Source: a plasmid
Sequence record: NZ_CP015380.1
Reading direction: 5' to 3' (one strand)
DNA length: 64,000 nt
Part shown: piece by piece, positions 49,860-62,990 of the stretch
Layout of the letters: every line of letters starts with the position of its first letter
Position numbering within the stretch: the stretch's first letter is position 1
The notes under the pieces: generated by a model
What the model was told of the DNA's origin: nothing
Seen by the model: the letters and a program-made list of their open reading frames with translations, nothing else
The model's database searches: none
Program-made: the position numbers and the translations under genes

Positions 49860-51692
49860 TTAATTATCTTTATGCAATGGTAGACGAATGATAAAGCGTG
49901 CCCCTGTTTCGACATTAACCGCTGATAATGAACCTTTAAAAGATTTTATGATATCAGCAGAAATAGCGAGGCCCAATCCTAATCCATGTGATGTTTTTGT
50001 TGTAAAAAAAGGTTCGAAAATATGTTCAATAACGTTGAGCGGAATGCCTGGGCCATTATCTTCAATTTCAATAACAGCGGAATCACCATCCTTATACCAT
50101 TTGGCCGTTATATTACCCGCCGAATTTTCATGCGAAATAGCATCAAGGGCATTACTGATTAAATTGACTAATACTTGCTCAAGTCTAAGGTTATTACATA
50201 AGCAATAAATCTCACTCGATGGTGGTATGCGAGTAAATGTAAAGTTATTTGTTTTAAATTTATGACTCAATAACAACATTGCATTGTCTATACTGATTTT
50301 TAACGAAACTGAGCTTATTGAATCATCACCGACACGAGAGAAAGTACGTAACTGATTGCTTAACTGACCGATAAAATCAACTAATCGAGCGATTCGCGCT
50401 AAATTTGATCGAGCTTCTTCCCATTCTCCTATTTCGATAAAACGCATCGTATTTGCTGAAATCATGCTAATTGCTGCTAATGGCTGATTAATTTCATGTG
50501 CTAATCCGGCAGAAAGCTGCCCAATAGCTGCGAGTTTTTCATTATGAAGCAACTCTTTTTGCATATTTCGAAGAATATTTTCACTATTGACTCGCTCTTT
50601 TATTTCCGCCTCAAGATTAATTGTTTTTTTTGCAAGTTCATACGTTCTTAGCATGACAAGATTTTCAAGCGATCTATTTTTTTTCTTTAATGCTTGCTGT
50701 TTTTCAATTTTCAGAGATAAAATTTTATTACGTTGGACAATTATTTTGAATAGTATTGCACAAAAAGCAAACGTAGCGATGATTCCCCCTATTTTAGGCC
50801 ATATTGCCTTAAAAATAGCACTCATGGGTAAAAGCCTTACTAATGTCATATTGATATCGCTAACATAACTCTCACTTGCCATATAGTACTTTTTGGCTAC
50901 GCTAACAATCCATGAGTCGTCATTTTCTTTTATTATATTCCTATAATCTAGCATAGGAATATCATTGACCCGATATCTCTGTTCTTCCGATATTTTCTGA
51001 TACTGTAACTTAGGTAATGGTGAGATTGAATGATAAAACCAATTCGGATTGCTAGAACTTGCGATAATGTCATGTTGATCTAAAAGAATTATCTCACCTT
51101 CACCGCCTCTAGTATTGATAAGATCATCTAAATTAACTTTAACTGAAATAGCCCCTATCTTCTCGCCATTCCAACTTATTGAGTTAACTAAAAAGTAACC
51201 TGGGATACCGTTTGAGACCCCAACACCAAAGTATCCAATAGTATTATCTGTATCTGCATTTATAAAGTAAGGTCTATGTGAAACATTGCAGCCAATAGCG
51301 CTATCGCATTGTCCAAAGTCACTTGATGAGATTATGTTACCGCCCAGGTCAATGATATAGATAGAGAGGGCGCCTGTGCGCACTTGGATAGACTTTAAAT
51401 ATCTATTCATTTCTTTTGTTTGCTTTTTAGCGTCTTTTTCTCTGAGTAAGTTAATTATTTTTTCGTCACGAGATAATGAGTACGGCATAAATTCGTAGCG
51501 TTGTACACTTAAATTCAGTGCTAAGCCTATCTCATTGAGTTGTTGCCTCAAGAGTATTTTTTGGTTTTTAACCTCGTTTACAATAACATAGCAACTATAA
51601 ATCAGCACCAAAGAAAATATGATAACGATTAAGACAAACTGTTGTAGCTTAGGGTCACGCAAAATCTGGTTGTGCTGATGATGTTGTGGCAT
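49860..51692 (-). CDS. sensor histidine kinase with periplasmic Cache-like domain (DctB-like)
   Basis: An N-terminal TM helix, a ~270-aa periplasmic domain and a second TM helix. H-box LSAGLAHEINQPLAAI, N-box NLISNALDA, G-boxes DNGPGIP and GLGLGLAIS. The stop lies 14 nt upstream of the regulator start. Confidence 0.75.
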   Translation of the reverse strand: MPQHHQHNQILRDPKLQQFVLIVIIFSLVLIYSCYVIVNEVKNQKILLRQQLNEIGLALNLSVQRYEFMPYSLSRDEKIINLLREKDAKKQTKEMNRYLKSIQVRTGALSIYIIDLGGNIISSSDFGQCDSAIGCNVSHRPYFINADTDNTIGYFGVGVSNGIPGYFLVNSISWNGEKIGAISVKVNLDDLINTRGGEGEIILLDQHDIIASSSNPNWFYHSISPLPKLQYQKISEEQRYRVNDIPMLDYRNIIKENDDSWIVSVAKKYYMASESYVSDINMTLVRLLPMSAIFKAIWPKIGGIIATFAFCAILFKIIVQRNKILSLKIEKQQALKKKNRSLENLVMLRTYELAKKTINLEAEIKERVNSENILRNMQKELLHNEKLAAIGQLSAGLAHEINQPLAAISMISANTMRFIEIGEWEEARSNLARIARLVDFIGQLSNQLRTFSRVGDDSISSVSLKISIDNAMLLLSHKFKTNNFTFTRIPPSSEIYCLCNNLRLEQVLVNLISNALDAISHENSAGNITAKWYKDGDSAVIEIEDNGPGIPLNVIEHIFEPFFTTKTSHGLGLGLAISADIIKSFKGSLSAVNVETGARFIIRLPLHKDN

Positions 51693-52129
51693 TTTGTTTA
51701 TCTCGCAGAGTCACTGACGTCCAACATAACAGCATGAAGTTAAAACACATAAAGGTAATCTAGTCAATAATAACACATCGATGTTAAACAGAATACTAAC
51801 GGATATTTAGTCATTACCCATAAAATTAATGCGTGTATTTGTCTTTGGTCAGAAATAAAAAATAAATAAGATATGAAATCCGAATTACCGTAGATAATAA
51901 AACCAATTATTTCGGATTTTCGAAAAAGTTATTTTAATAGTGGTTTTTAAATTTAATAACATCTAATTAAATTGACTCAGATCATAAATTAAAGCACGTC
52001 TTACTGAATATACTCAGCGCCGTTGAAGATCACTGAGTTAATGTTCGCATATGTACTTGTAAAAAATACTCTATGGAAATGATATTTTTTTAATTTATAA
52101 CTGCGTTCTCTTTTTAAGAGGGTTGTCGT

Positions 52130-53818
52130 GTGTTTCTAATTCATTCAATTTTTCAAATGTCACCTGAGATAGCGCTATTCCTTTCTCTTGCTATTGGTAC
52201 ATGGATAGGGAAATTCAAATTCGGTAAATTTCAGCTTGGCGGCGTTGCGGGTGCACTTGTAATATCTGTCGCTCTAAGCCAATTCGGTGTAACCATTGAT
52301 GACGGCGTTAAAGCTGTTCTTTTTGCTCTATTTATTTATGCCGTTGGCTTTGAAAGCGGGCCTCAGTTCTTTAAATCTTTAGGCTTAAAGTCTATAAGAG
52401 AAATCATACTTGCTATTGTCATGGCTGTTAGTGGGCTTATCACCGTTGTCATTCTTGCAAGAATGTATGACCTAGATAAGGGCACAGCAGCAGGCATTGC
52501 AGCCGGTGCATTGACGCAATCAGCTATTATTGGAACAGCTAGTTCTGCCATCGAAAAGCTAGGCCTTTCACCTGAATTATCCCAGCATTTACAGGCTAAT
52601 GTTGCTATCGGATATGCTGTCACCTACATATTTGGCTCGTTGGGCGCGATTATTATATGTGTCAATATTCTCCCTTGGTTTATGCGCCGAGGTTTACGTG
52701 AGGATGCCATAAAAGCAGAAGCAACACTATTAAATGGCGCTAGAAATTATGGATTTGGCGAAACGCCTGCACTTCCTAATATTGTAGGCCGAGTTTTCAA
52801 AGTCACATCTGCTGCTGGGTTGACAATTTCTCAACTAGAGAAATCTGCGACTGAAGGAAAGATTACCGTTGAAAGGCTTAAACGCTCAGGTGATATCATT
52901 GGTTTAAGTGGTGAAACGACCTTAGAGCTGGGCGATATTATCCTCATTGTTGGTCGTCGCAGTAGCGTAGTCCAGTTGGATGAAATAGTTGGCCCTGAAA
53001 CTAAAGATAATGATGGGATGGAAGTCGTTATTTCCACCCGAGATATCATTATTACCAATAAAGCCTATACGAATAAAAAGATTGCATACATTTCCAGCAC
53101 AGCCACTCAGGAGCTACGTCACGGTATTTATTTCCTACAGCTCAAGCGCGGGGAAGGTTCACTTCCTTTAGTCGGAGAAACGCTCATCAAGTCTGGTGAT
53201 GTTGTCACTGTTTATGGCGTGAATGAAGATATCCAGCGCTTTGCAAAAGAGGTTGGTCCTGTTATCAGCGTTAGTGAAAAAACAGATCTCTTATTCCATG
53301 GGATTGGTGTTTCTGTTGGCCTGCTCATTGGTCTCGCCGTCGTTCATATTGGCTCTATTCCTCTCACATTAGGAGCCGGTGGTGGCGCGCTATTTTCTGG
53401 GCTTATTTTTGGCTGGTACCGTTCACGCCATATGGTGATGGGAAATATGCCAACGCCAGCATCTACGCTGCTAAAAGACTTAGGGCTTGCTGGATTTGTT
53501 GCTGTAGTAGGACTTCAGTCTGGTCAACAAGCCATTAGTACTATTGCCCAAAGTGGAATATCCATCTTTATGATCGGTGTCGCAGTCACCATCATTCCGC
53601 TATTTATTACCATGCTTGTTGGTCGATACATTTTGCATTACGACAATACCGCGATATTTGCAGGCGCCCTCTCAGGAACAAGGAGTGCAAATCCTGCTTT
53701 TGGCGAGGTATTAGAAAAATCCGGTAATTCTGTACCAACAGTTTCTTTTGCTATCACATACGCGCTTGCAAATGTATTCCTTACATTGCTTGGGCCATTA
53801 GTTGTTGCTTTCGTTTAA
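52130..53818 (+). CDS. aspT: AAE-family aspartate:alanine antiporter (AspT/YidE/YbjL architecture with two TrkA-C domains)
   Basis: 562 aa. Two homologous membrane halves are separated by paired RCK_C/TrkA-C domains (GKITVERLKRSGDIIGLSG...GDIILIVGRRSSV and ...GETLIKSGDVVTVYGVNEDI). Lies immediately upstream of asdA. Confidence 0.65.
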   Translation: MFLIHSIFQMSPEIALFLSLAIGTWIGKFKFGKFQLGGVAGALVISVALSQFGVTIDDGVKAVLFALFIYAVGFESGPQFFKSLGLKSIREIILAIVMAVSGLITVVILARMYDLDKGTAAGIAAGALTQSAIIGTASSAIEKLGLSPELSQHLQANVAIGYAVTYIFGSLGAIIICVNILPWFMRRGLREDAIKAEATLLNGARNYGFGETPALPNIVGRVFKVTSAAGLTISQLEKSATEGKITVERLKRSGDIIGLSGETTLELGDIILIVGRRSSVVQLDEIVGPETKDNDGMEVVISTRDIIITNKAYTNKKIAYISSTATQELRHGIYFLQLKRGEGSLPLVGETLIKSGDVVTVYGVNEDIQRFAKEVGPVISVSEKTDLLFHGIGVSVGLLIGLAVVHIGSIPLTLGAGGGALFSGLIFGWYRSRHMVMGNMPTPASTLLKDLGLAGFVAVVGLQSGQQAISTIAQSGISIFMIGVAVTIIPLFITMLVGRYILHYDNTAIFAGALSGTRSANPAFGEVLEKSGNSVPTVSFAITYALANVFLTLLGPLVVAFV

Positions 53819-55423
<1,605 letters not shown>

Positions 55424-55443
55424 TTCTGTTTAATAAGTAAAAT

Positions 55444-55466
55444 AGCACCTCCAGTGGAGGTGCTAT
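55444..55466 (+). terminator. hairpin downstream of asdA
   Basis: tagcacctccagtggaggtgcta is a perfect 9-bp stem with a 5-nt loop, 20 nt after the asdA stop. The U-tract is weak. Confidence 0.4.
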
Positions 55467-55999
55467 TCGCCAATGCCGTAATATACCTAACCATGCATCT
55501 ACCGAAAAAATCGCAAAAGTCGATTTATGCATAGCGTTAAAAGTGTAGTAATATCGAGGAAATGGCCATACTATACATTATTAAATATGTGTCAACTTCC
55601 TGATTGCTTTGATATCACCCTCCCCTCATTGTAACAATTCAGATTAGTATTAGCATAACACTGCATACCTCTAAACTTAGAGTATACTACTGGGCGAATT
55701 TATATAACTATATATGGATAAGTAATATCCTATAATCAATAATTTTCTTGGAGCTGGTTATTTCTCATGAGGTATAGCTTTCATCTACTAGATATGAATA
55801 GATGTGACTTAACCTATTCAAAGAATCAATAAAACCTTTCAAGGTAAATTTTGGCCTGATGGTAAATATTATGGTTTAAGTAAATTGAGTCATTTGATTT
55901 AAAGTGTCATCTATTTCACACAACAAGACATATAATATCATCTTATTGTATGGAATATTTTATTTATCACTATTAGTGGATATTTATGCTGAATAACTT

Positions 56000-56743
56000 T
56001 TATGTTTTCTTTAAATTACTGTGCTTTACCCAAACCCTAAATGTTATTAACAATAGAATGAAAAATGCCAGATATAATCCAAGGAAATCAAATTCTTGAC
56101 TCAATTTGACGGTGATAAATGCTCCTAAAAAGAAATGGATAATGACCATAATGTAATGTCTTCCTTCATCAAGATCTTGTTTCCGTTGGGATGTGTCATT
56201 CTTTTTGTTGCATGCCTTAATTATATGAGTGATCATCAAAATATAAACAGTCGTGACTACAGATGTAGTAGTTGGATAACTCGTCCCTCCACTTTTTATT
56301 ATATAGTTTTGTATGTACATAAATACTAATCCAATAGTCACTAGTGGCATTACGGATGCATTTGGTGTTAAGTGTAGTAAGTTATTAGTATACATGTAAT
56401 GACCTAGCTGCATGAATAATATAAGGAAAAAGCACGCAGTACTGAGGCCTATGGCATACCCATATAGAGGGCTACTTTTTTTAAAGGTATAACGGTCCGC
56501 AACAAATTGATGACCAGCACCTATTATCATCCATATAACAACGATGAGAATATGATATATAGATGAAAAATCAAATGAATTCTCAGCTAAGGAATTAATA
56601 CCAAAAACCATATTTGATGTCATGTATCCAATAAGTGCTTTATAAAGGAATTTAAAACTAATGATTTCAATGCTGCCACCAATGAAACTCATCGCGTAAT
56701 GGATTTCATGATTAACTGTTTTATATATGCTAATCTTATTCAT
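56000..56743 (-). CDS. DUF1275/YoaK-like membrane protein
   Basis: A 247-aa six-TM protein with motif GYMTSNMVFGI resembling the YoaK family F.SHMTGNT motif. Tentative. Confidence 0.4.
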   Translation of the reverse strand: MNKISIYKTVNHEIHYAMSFIGGSIEIISFKFLYKALIGYMTSNMVFGINSLAENSFDFSSIYHILIVVIWMIIGAGHQFVADRYTFKKSSPLYGYAIGLSTACFFLILFMQLGHYMYTNNLLHLTPNASVMPLVTIGLVFMYIQNYIIKSGGTSYPTTTSVVTTVYILMITHIIKACNKKNDTSQRKQDLDEGRHYIMVIIHFFLGAFITVKLSQEFDFLGLYLAFFILLLITFRVWVKHSNLKKT

Positions 56744-57458
56744 TATTTTCTCGAAGTCATGGGATTATACTTATTTGAATTTATCATTATATATAGCTTA
56801 GTCAACTAATATAGCGAAAGGCTTTTTTTCAAAATATTTCAGTTCAATTTCATTTAATGTTTTAGTGAGCATAAAACAAAATAAAGAGAATATCATCAAC
56901 AAAATAATAAAATAATCCAATTTTATTATTTAATACCAAAAATTTTAAATCCAGGGCTTACATTTAATTTCAAAGTGTCAAATTATATTTGATGCCTAGA
57001 TATATTCGCTTAAGCACACTGTTTGCTGTTGATTGGCCACTTACGTCGTAATGTATCTTAACTTAACTTTTTCTCCATCATCTCTTACTGACTACTCACC
57101 TAGGTATCTCATTATCGGGTTATTCACATGCTTGCACTTTGCACTACCTTGCTTTTATCTCACTGTTGGGTATTTCCGCCAGAATCCCCAAAGGCCATAC
57201 GTAGCCTTGCAATTTGGCTGCAGGCCTTGCTGGCTATGGGTTCGCAAACCTCATAGACTGCGTTAGCGCTGTTCTGGGCGTGCTACGGATATCGCTGCTG
57301 TTTTGTTTTTTACGCTTATTTCGTTTTTTCCCCAATCCTAGCACTGACCGATCACCGATTTATTCCCCTTCCCTGTTATCATCAAGCTCGGCAAAATAGT
57401 CACTAAGAAACTGTCTTTTGAATTTTGGCCACCTGCCAACGCGACACCATGGCAAGTA

Positions 57459-58250
57459 TTGTGTGTTTTTTGTACCAAAATACACGAGGTTGCGGAGATT
57501 AAAAAATTGAGCCTGATACCCCACAATCTAGAACAGATTTCACGTAGCGCGATCGGTTTGCCGGGTGACTATGCGCGCGCTGTTCGCTTACGTGAAATGG
57601 CCATCGCCGCCGATCTGGATGTGCCCCGCTATTTATTGGCGCCGGAAATTTCAGTGCTCCTTAGCTATCTTCCTGATTTGCGTCAGCGGGTATTGATTGA
57701 AACATTATGGAACACTGGTGCTCGGATCAACGAAGCATTGGCGCTCACGCCGAGTGACTTTTTTTTCAACGCGGATATGCCCTTCGTCAGACTGCGGACC
57801 TTGAAACAACGGGCTCCGCGAACTCGAGGACGTCCGACGAAAGAAGAACAGCAAGAAGTACCGTTTCGGGCGGTGCCTTTGCCCGATGAAGATTACGTTC
57901 GCCGACTGCAGGAATATTTTGCGACCTTTAGACTGCTGACGCGCCGAGCGACACCGATGTGGGATGTGGCCAGCCAAGAGACCCCCCGTAACTGGCTAAA
58001 AGCGGCGGTGGAAAGAGCAGAACGTGACGGCGTTACATTCTCAGTGCGGCCTATTACGCCACACACATTTAGGCACAGCTATGCCGTGCATCTGCTGATG
58101 AATGGCATACATATCAAACAGGTACAGGCATTAATGGGGCATAAGAGAATGGAGAACACGGAAGTGTATACGAAAATTTTTGCGCTCGATGTGACGCCTG
58201 ATTTGAGTTTTTCGATGTCGCCGGCACAGGCCAAATTAATGTTGCGCTAG
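57459..58250 (+). CDS. resD: tyrosine site-specific recombinase (F-plasmid ResD-type resolvase-like)
   Basis: 263 aa with R...HxxR...Y catalytic context (TGARINEAL, HTFRHSYAVHLLMNGIHIKQVQALMGHKRMENTEVYT). The size and the RepFIA/ccd neighbourhood match F ResD. The start codon is uncertain. Confidence 0.6.
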   Translation: MCVFCTKIHEVAEIKKLSLIPHNLEQISRSAIGLPGDYARAVRLREMAIAADLDVPRYLLAPEISVLLSYLPDLRQRVLIETLWNTGARINEALALTPSDFFFNADMPFVRLRTLKQRAPRTRGRPTKEEQQEVPFRAVPLPDEDYVRRLQEYFATFRLLTRRATPMWDVASQETPRNWLKAAVERAERDGVTFSVRPITPHTFRHSYAVHLLMNGIHIKQVQALMGHKRMENTEVYTKIFALDVTPDLSFSMSPAQAKLMLR

Positions 58251-58849
58251 TCCGTCATACGAAGATGAAAAACGGAAAAGCCTTCATGCTCAGGTTGCTG
58301 TTGGGCGCGGAGGTGGCACTGTTCTAATAGGGGGAAAATACCGGAGATATCCCCAGTGAATCGTACCGCGAGTGTTTTGATAAGTTTTCCATTCTCATCA
58401 AAAGAGGGCTGTAGATCCTCTTTGGGTGTATAGATTGCGCTGGCAGTATTAGAGCCCTTCCAATGCTGATCCCACTCTTTACGTGAGACCATAAAATCTA
58501 GCCAACCCATTGTTTTTAATGTCTCAACGAAGTACGTAAATCGAAATAAATCACTTTGGGCAGCTAATTCTTCAGCACTTGAACGGTATATATACTCTAC
58601 TTTTTTGAGTAAGTTGGCCCCGAACCCATATTTTTTACCCTGAGCGAGCAGCCATATAATGTCTGGCGCAACGCTTTTTGGAAACAGCTTGCGCTTTTGG
58701 GCTGTTAGCAGCCATTGCATGACAAACACATGCTGCTCCAGCGATGAATGCGCTTTTCCTTCTTTTTGGGCTAGGCGTACTGATGTTAGAAGACACCAAG
58801 CCAGATGTGCTAATTCTGATGTGGGACGCGTATGGTAAGGAACCGTCAT
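58247..58849 (-). CDS. hypothetical 200-aa protein convergent with the recombinase gene
   Basis: Clean ORF with no recognised domain. Confidence 0.35.
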   Translation of the reverse strand: MTVPYHTRPTSELAHLAWCLLTSVRLAQKEGKAHSSLEQHVFVMQWLLTAQKRKLFPKSVAPDIIWLLAQGKKYGFGANLLKKVEYIYRSSAEELAAQSDLFRFTYFVETLKTMGWLDFMVSRKEWDQHWKGSNTASAIYTPKEDLQPSFDENGKLIKTLAVRFTGDISGIFPLLEQCHLRAQQQPEHEGFSVFHLRMTD

Positions 58850-59042
58850 GTCAGTGCTTTATGTTGAATGTAATGATGTGGAGAATATTAGCATAAGGAT
58901 ATAAACGTCGTGCAAATGAGAGGCTTTATTTATGAAAATCAGCCTATTGAGTATTCATCCACTTATGAAGAGATCGAAGACAGGTTGAGATTTGTACGGG
59001 GAAGTTTGAAGAACGAATGGCTAGCTAAGCTAGCCCTTAAAC

Positions 59043-59626
59043 GTTTGAATGCTTAACTTAGTGGCGGATTTGGTCCAGATCGTCTTCGGAAAGACCGGTC
59101 ATTTTCATGACGGTATTACGGTCAAGACCGTTTTGCAGCATGGTACGGGCTATTTTTAGGGTTGCTTCACACTCACATTTTTCAATACCGCGTTGTTAAC
59201 CGAGTTGGATACCTTTCTCGATGCCCTGTTCAATACCTTTTTCGATACCTTTTTGTTCAAGCTGTTATGAGTGCGTCTCAGTGTCGCGGCATACGCTGTG
59301 CCAGTTCGCAAACAAAGGCTTCATGCCTGCCTGTACCAGCGATACTACTTGTGTTGAAGAGAGATATCCCGCTAACAGGGTTGTGGCCAGTTTGACGATT
59401 AGCTCCGCAAGATCCCGCTGATGGATATGTTTTGCAGTAATGTCAGTGCGGCCATGCGACGATGATCAACAATCTCATCATCACGAATAATATCTGGTTG
59501 TGCGAGAAATTGTCGGAAAGTTGCATCATGGGGCGTTGGCATAGAGCTTTTCTTTTTCATCGTTTTTAGCTCTGATAATGACATCCGCATTTTATCATAA
59601 GCTGCCAAAAGAAGACGATGATACAC
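59043..59626 (-). pseudogene. Rpn/YhgA-like (Transposase_31, PD-(D/E)XK) recombination-promoting nuclease, disrupted
   Basis: Minus-strand N-terminal piece ...SSMPTPHDATFRQFLAQPDI... (59399..59626). C-terminal piece ...GIEKGIEQGIEKG...IEKCECEATLKIARTMLQNGLDRNTVMKMTGLSEDDLDQIRH-stop (59043..59290). Stops and gaps lie between them. Confidence 0.55.
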
Positions 59627-59892
59627 ACATGGCTAGTGATACCTATCAGTATCAGTTTTTATTTGTACACTCGCGAAGACAATGGAAAAAAATAAGGCGT
59701 GGGTCTATAAAATAGCCCAATTTATCTAACCTTATCAACAATGTCGACAATGAGCTTTCTCTTTATTCGCCTCTGTTTCAGCATCAGGCACTAATTTTCC
59801 AGAGCAAGGTTGCGAACTAACTGTTGCGCGGATATAAGGCCATAGCAGTCGTAGCAATTACGATTATTTGTTTAGCTTCTGTATTATAAAAT

Positions 59893-61830
59893 GGCGATTT
59901 CAGCCTGAAATTCTTGTTAAAAATGAAGATAATTCATAGAGATAAGTATGAAATTAGTATGGCGAATTTCTGATGCGTATCTAGGATAACAGTCCAACTA
60001 TTTTTCATGCCGGATTACAGGAGACTGAACATAATAAAGCCTCAAATAAGGGCAAATTGTCACACTCGATAGAATCGGATGAACAATCAGGTATCTGTCC
60101 GGTATCGCCACGAACATAGATCCTACATAAATTATTTAAGGGCAATTTGCCACAGTAAATCCAGCCAATGTCTCAACGCTTTATTTTTATCGCTAGACAA
60201 GCGTTGTATGGACGGCAATCTTCAGTGATTGATGAGTAATATCGCGACAATATAAGCACCAGTGCTGCATCAAACGTAAATCTAGCTAAATAGAGGAGCT
60301 AGATACCAATAGACTCCAGCTGTAAACTATTGGCGATTTCAGCCTGAAATTCTTGTTAAAAATGATGATAATTCATAGAGATAAGTATGAAATTGGTATG
60401 GCGAATTTCTGATGCGTATCTAGGATAACAGTCCAACTATTTTTCATGCCGGATTACAGGAGACTGAACATAATAAAGCCTCAAATAAGGGCAAATTGTC
60501 ACACTCGATAGAATCGGATGAACAATCAGGTATCTGTCCGGTATCGCCACGAACATAGATCCTACATAAATTATTTAAGGGCAATTTGTCACAGTAAACC
60601 CATCTAATGTCTCAACGCTTTATTTTTATCGCTAGACAAGCGTTGTATGGACGGCAATCTTCAGTGATTGATGAGTAATATCGCGACAGTATAAGCACCA
60701 GTGCTGCATCAAACGTAAATCTAGCCAAATAGAGGAGCTAGATACCAATAGACTCCAGCTGTAAACTATTGGCGATTTCAGCCTGAAATTCTTGTTAAAA
60801 ATGATGATAATTCATAGAGATAAGTATGAAATTGGTATGGCGAATTTCTGATGCGTATATAGGATAACAGTCCAACTATTTTTCATACCGGATTACAGGA
60901 GACTGAACATAATAAAGCCTCAAATAAGGGCAAATTGTCACACTCGATAGAATCGGATGAACAATCAGGTATCTGTTCGGTATCGCCACGAACATAGATC
61001 CTACATAAATTATTTAAGGGCAATTTGTCACAGTAAACCCATCTAATGTCTCAACGCTTTATTTTTATCGCTAGACAAGCGTTGTATGGACGGCAATCTT
61101 CAGTGATTGATGAGTAATATCGCGACAATATAAGCACCAGTGCTGCATCAAACGTAAATCTAGCCAAATAGAGGAGCTATATACCAATAGACTCCAGCTG
61201 TAAACTATTGGCGATTTCAGCCTGAAATTCTTGTTAAAAATGATGATAATTCATAGAGATAAGTATGAAATTGGTATGGCGAATTTCTGATGCGTATCTA
61301 GGATAACAGTCCAACTATTTTTCATGCCGGATTACAGGAGACTGAACATAATAAAGCCTCAAATAAGGGCAAATTGTCACACTCGATAGAATCGGATGAA
61401 CAATCAGGTATCTGTCCGGTATCGCCACGAACATAGATCCTACATAAATTATTTAAGGGCAATTTGTCACAGTGAATCCAGCCAATGTCTCAACGCTTTA
61501 TTTTTATCGCTAGACAAGCGTTGTATGGACGGCAATCTTCAGTGATTGATGAGTAATATCGCGACAGTATAAGCACCAGTGCTGCATCAAACGTAAATCT
61601 AGCCAAATAGAGGAGCTAGATACCAATAGACTCCAGCTGTAAACTATTGGCGATTTCAGCCTGAAATTCTTGTTAAAAATGAAGATAATTCATAGAGATA
61701 AGTATGAAATTAGTATGGCGAATTTCTGATGCGTATCTAGGATAACAGTCCAACTATTTTTCATGCCGGATTACAGGAGACTGAACATAATAAAGCCTCA
61801 AATAAGGGCAAATTGTCACACTTAGTAGAA
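59893..61830. repeat. 4.4 tandem copies of a 439-bp unit carrying iteron-like 19-mers (expanded incC-like region)
   Basis: Unit starts (ggcgatttcagcctgaaattcttg) at 59893, 60332, 60771, 61210 and 61649, an exact 439-bp period. Each unit contains taagggcaaattgtcacactcg and taagggcaatttg(t/c)cacagtaaa, matching the F RepE iteron core TGTGACAAATTGCCCTTAA in reverse complement (F iteron consensus recalled from memory). Confidence 0.9.
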
Positions 61831-62149
61831 TCGGATACACAATAGGACATTGAATATCGTTTTTGTCTTCGTACTGCTACATCTTTCCAGAGGTTTTTTC
61901 ATCACAGAATATTCGTTCACCGCTTTAACATTTTGATTCAAACATCGTTTGGGACATCATTCATAATGATATCGCGATCAGCAACGTGAAGAGGCAAAAT
62001 CACTAACTATATTGCTCCCTGCACCTGTGGCACCAGCCGTTGAGAAAATAGGGCTTAGTATAACTGAGGTTGTATTCGGCAGGAGAAACTGCTTCAAGAG
62101 TCAATTTGGCCAGATGGGGAATGGAGAGAACAATGGTATTTAATTGTAA

Positions 62150-62830
62150 GTTATTGGCGATTTCATCCTGAAATTCTTAATAAAAAGATATCTAATTCAT
62201 GAACATAAACATGAAATCGTCATGGCGAATTTCTGATGCGTATTTAAGCTAACAGTTACTCGATTTATCATCCCGAATTATCGGAGGCTAAACACAACAA
62301 ATCTTCAATCAGAGCAAATTTTTACACTTAGCAGAATCTGATTAGCAATAACGCACCGAACATCGTGCTGATCATTGGTACTTCCAAATCTTTTTCAGGG
62401 CAGTTTGTCACAGTACGTCAGTACCCTTCTTTTTGTCACTTTACAGATTTTTCAATATAACACCACACACCATGGTATCAGCCATTGAGTCAAATAGTGC
62501 TCAACATAGCTAAATTCATGGCTTAGGAAAAGGCTGATAGTCATGAGATGCAACTGCAAATTATCGGCGATTTCAGCCTGAAATTATCAACTGAAATATA
62601 GATAATTCATGAAGATAAACATGAAAACGGCATGGCGAATTTCTATTATGTATTTAGGATAACAATCCCTAGATCTTCCATGCTGCATTCGCCGGTGAGG
62701 TAATTAAAATTTCATTCAGGGCAACTTGTCACACTCAGCAAAATCAGGAACACAATAGGCATTAAATATCATTTTACCATTGCTTGCTATACCTTGATTA
62801 AGGGCAGCTTGTCACAGAATATCAGCCAAC
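62150..62830. repeat. two diverged copies of the iteron-bearing repeat unit
   Basis: ttggcgatttcatcctgaaattctt... at 62155 and tcggcgatttcagcctgaaatta... at 62568. Each retains one or two (c/a)agggca(g/a)(c/t)ttgtcaca motifs. Confidence 0.6.
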
Positions 62831-62990
62831 TGCTGTAGATCTTAATTTTTGTAAGTACTCAAATACCGTCCTCGCTGTCATTCGTAAAAATATCAATCTC
62901 GTGATCGCAGCGTGAAAGGGCAATAACAAGCTCGAACAGCAGCTATACATCAGAAATGATAGACAATGATTACATATAACCACTGCAGTT

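Noticed and set aside
51693-52129. sigma-54 promoter upstream of aspT
   Set aside because: Looked for TGGCAC-N5-TTGC. Only weak partial matches were seen (tggaaatgatattttt), so no promoter feature is reported.
59893-62830. Possibility that the tandem repeats are a CRISPR array
   Set aside because: The unit is 439 bp with no short direct-repeat/unique-spacer architecture and no cas genes. The internal motifs match plasmid iterons next to repE.
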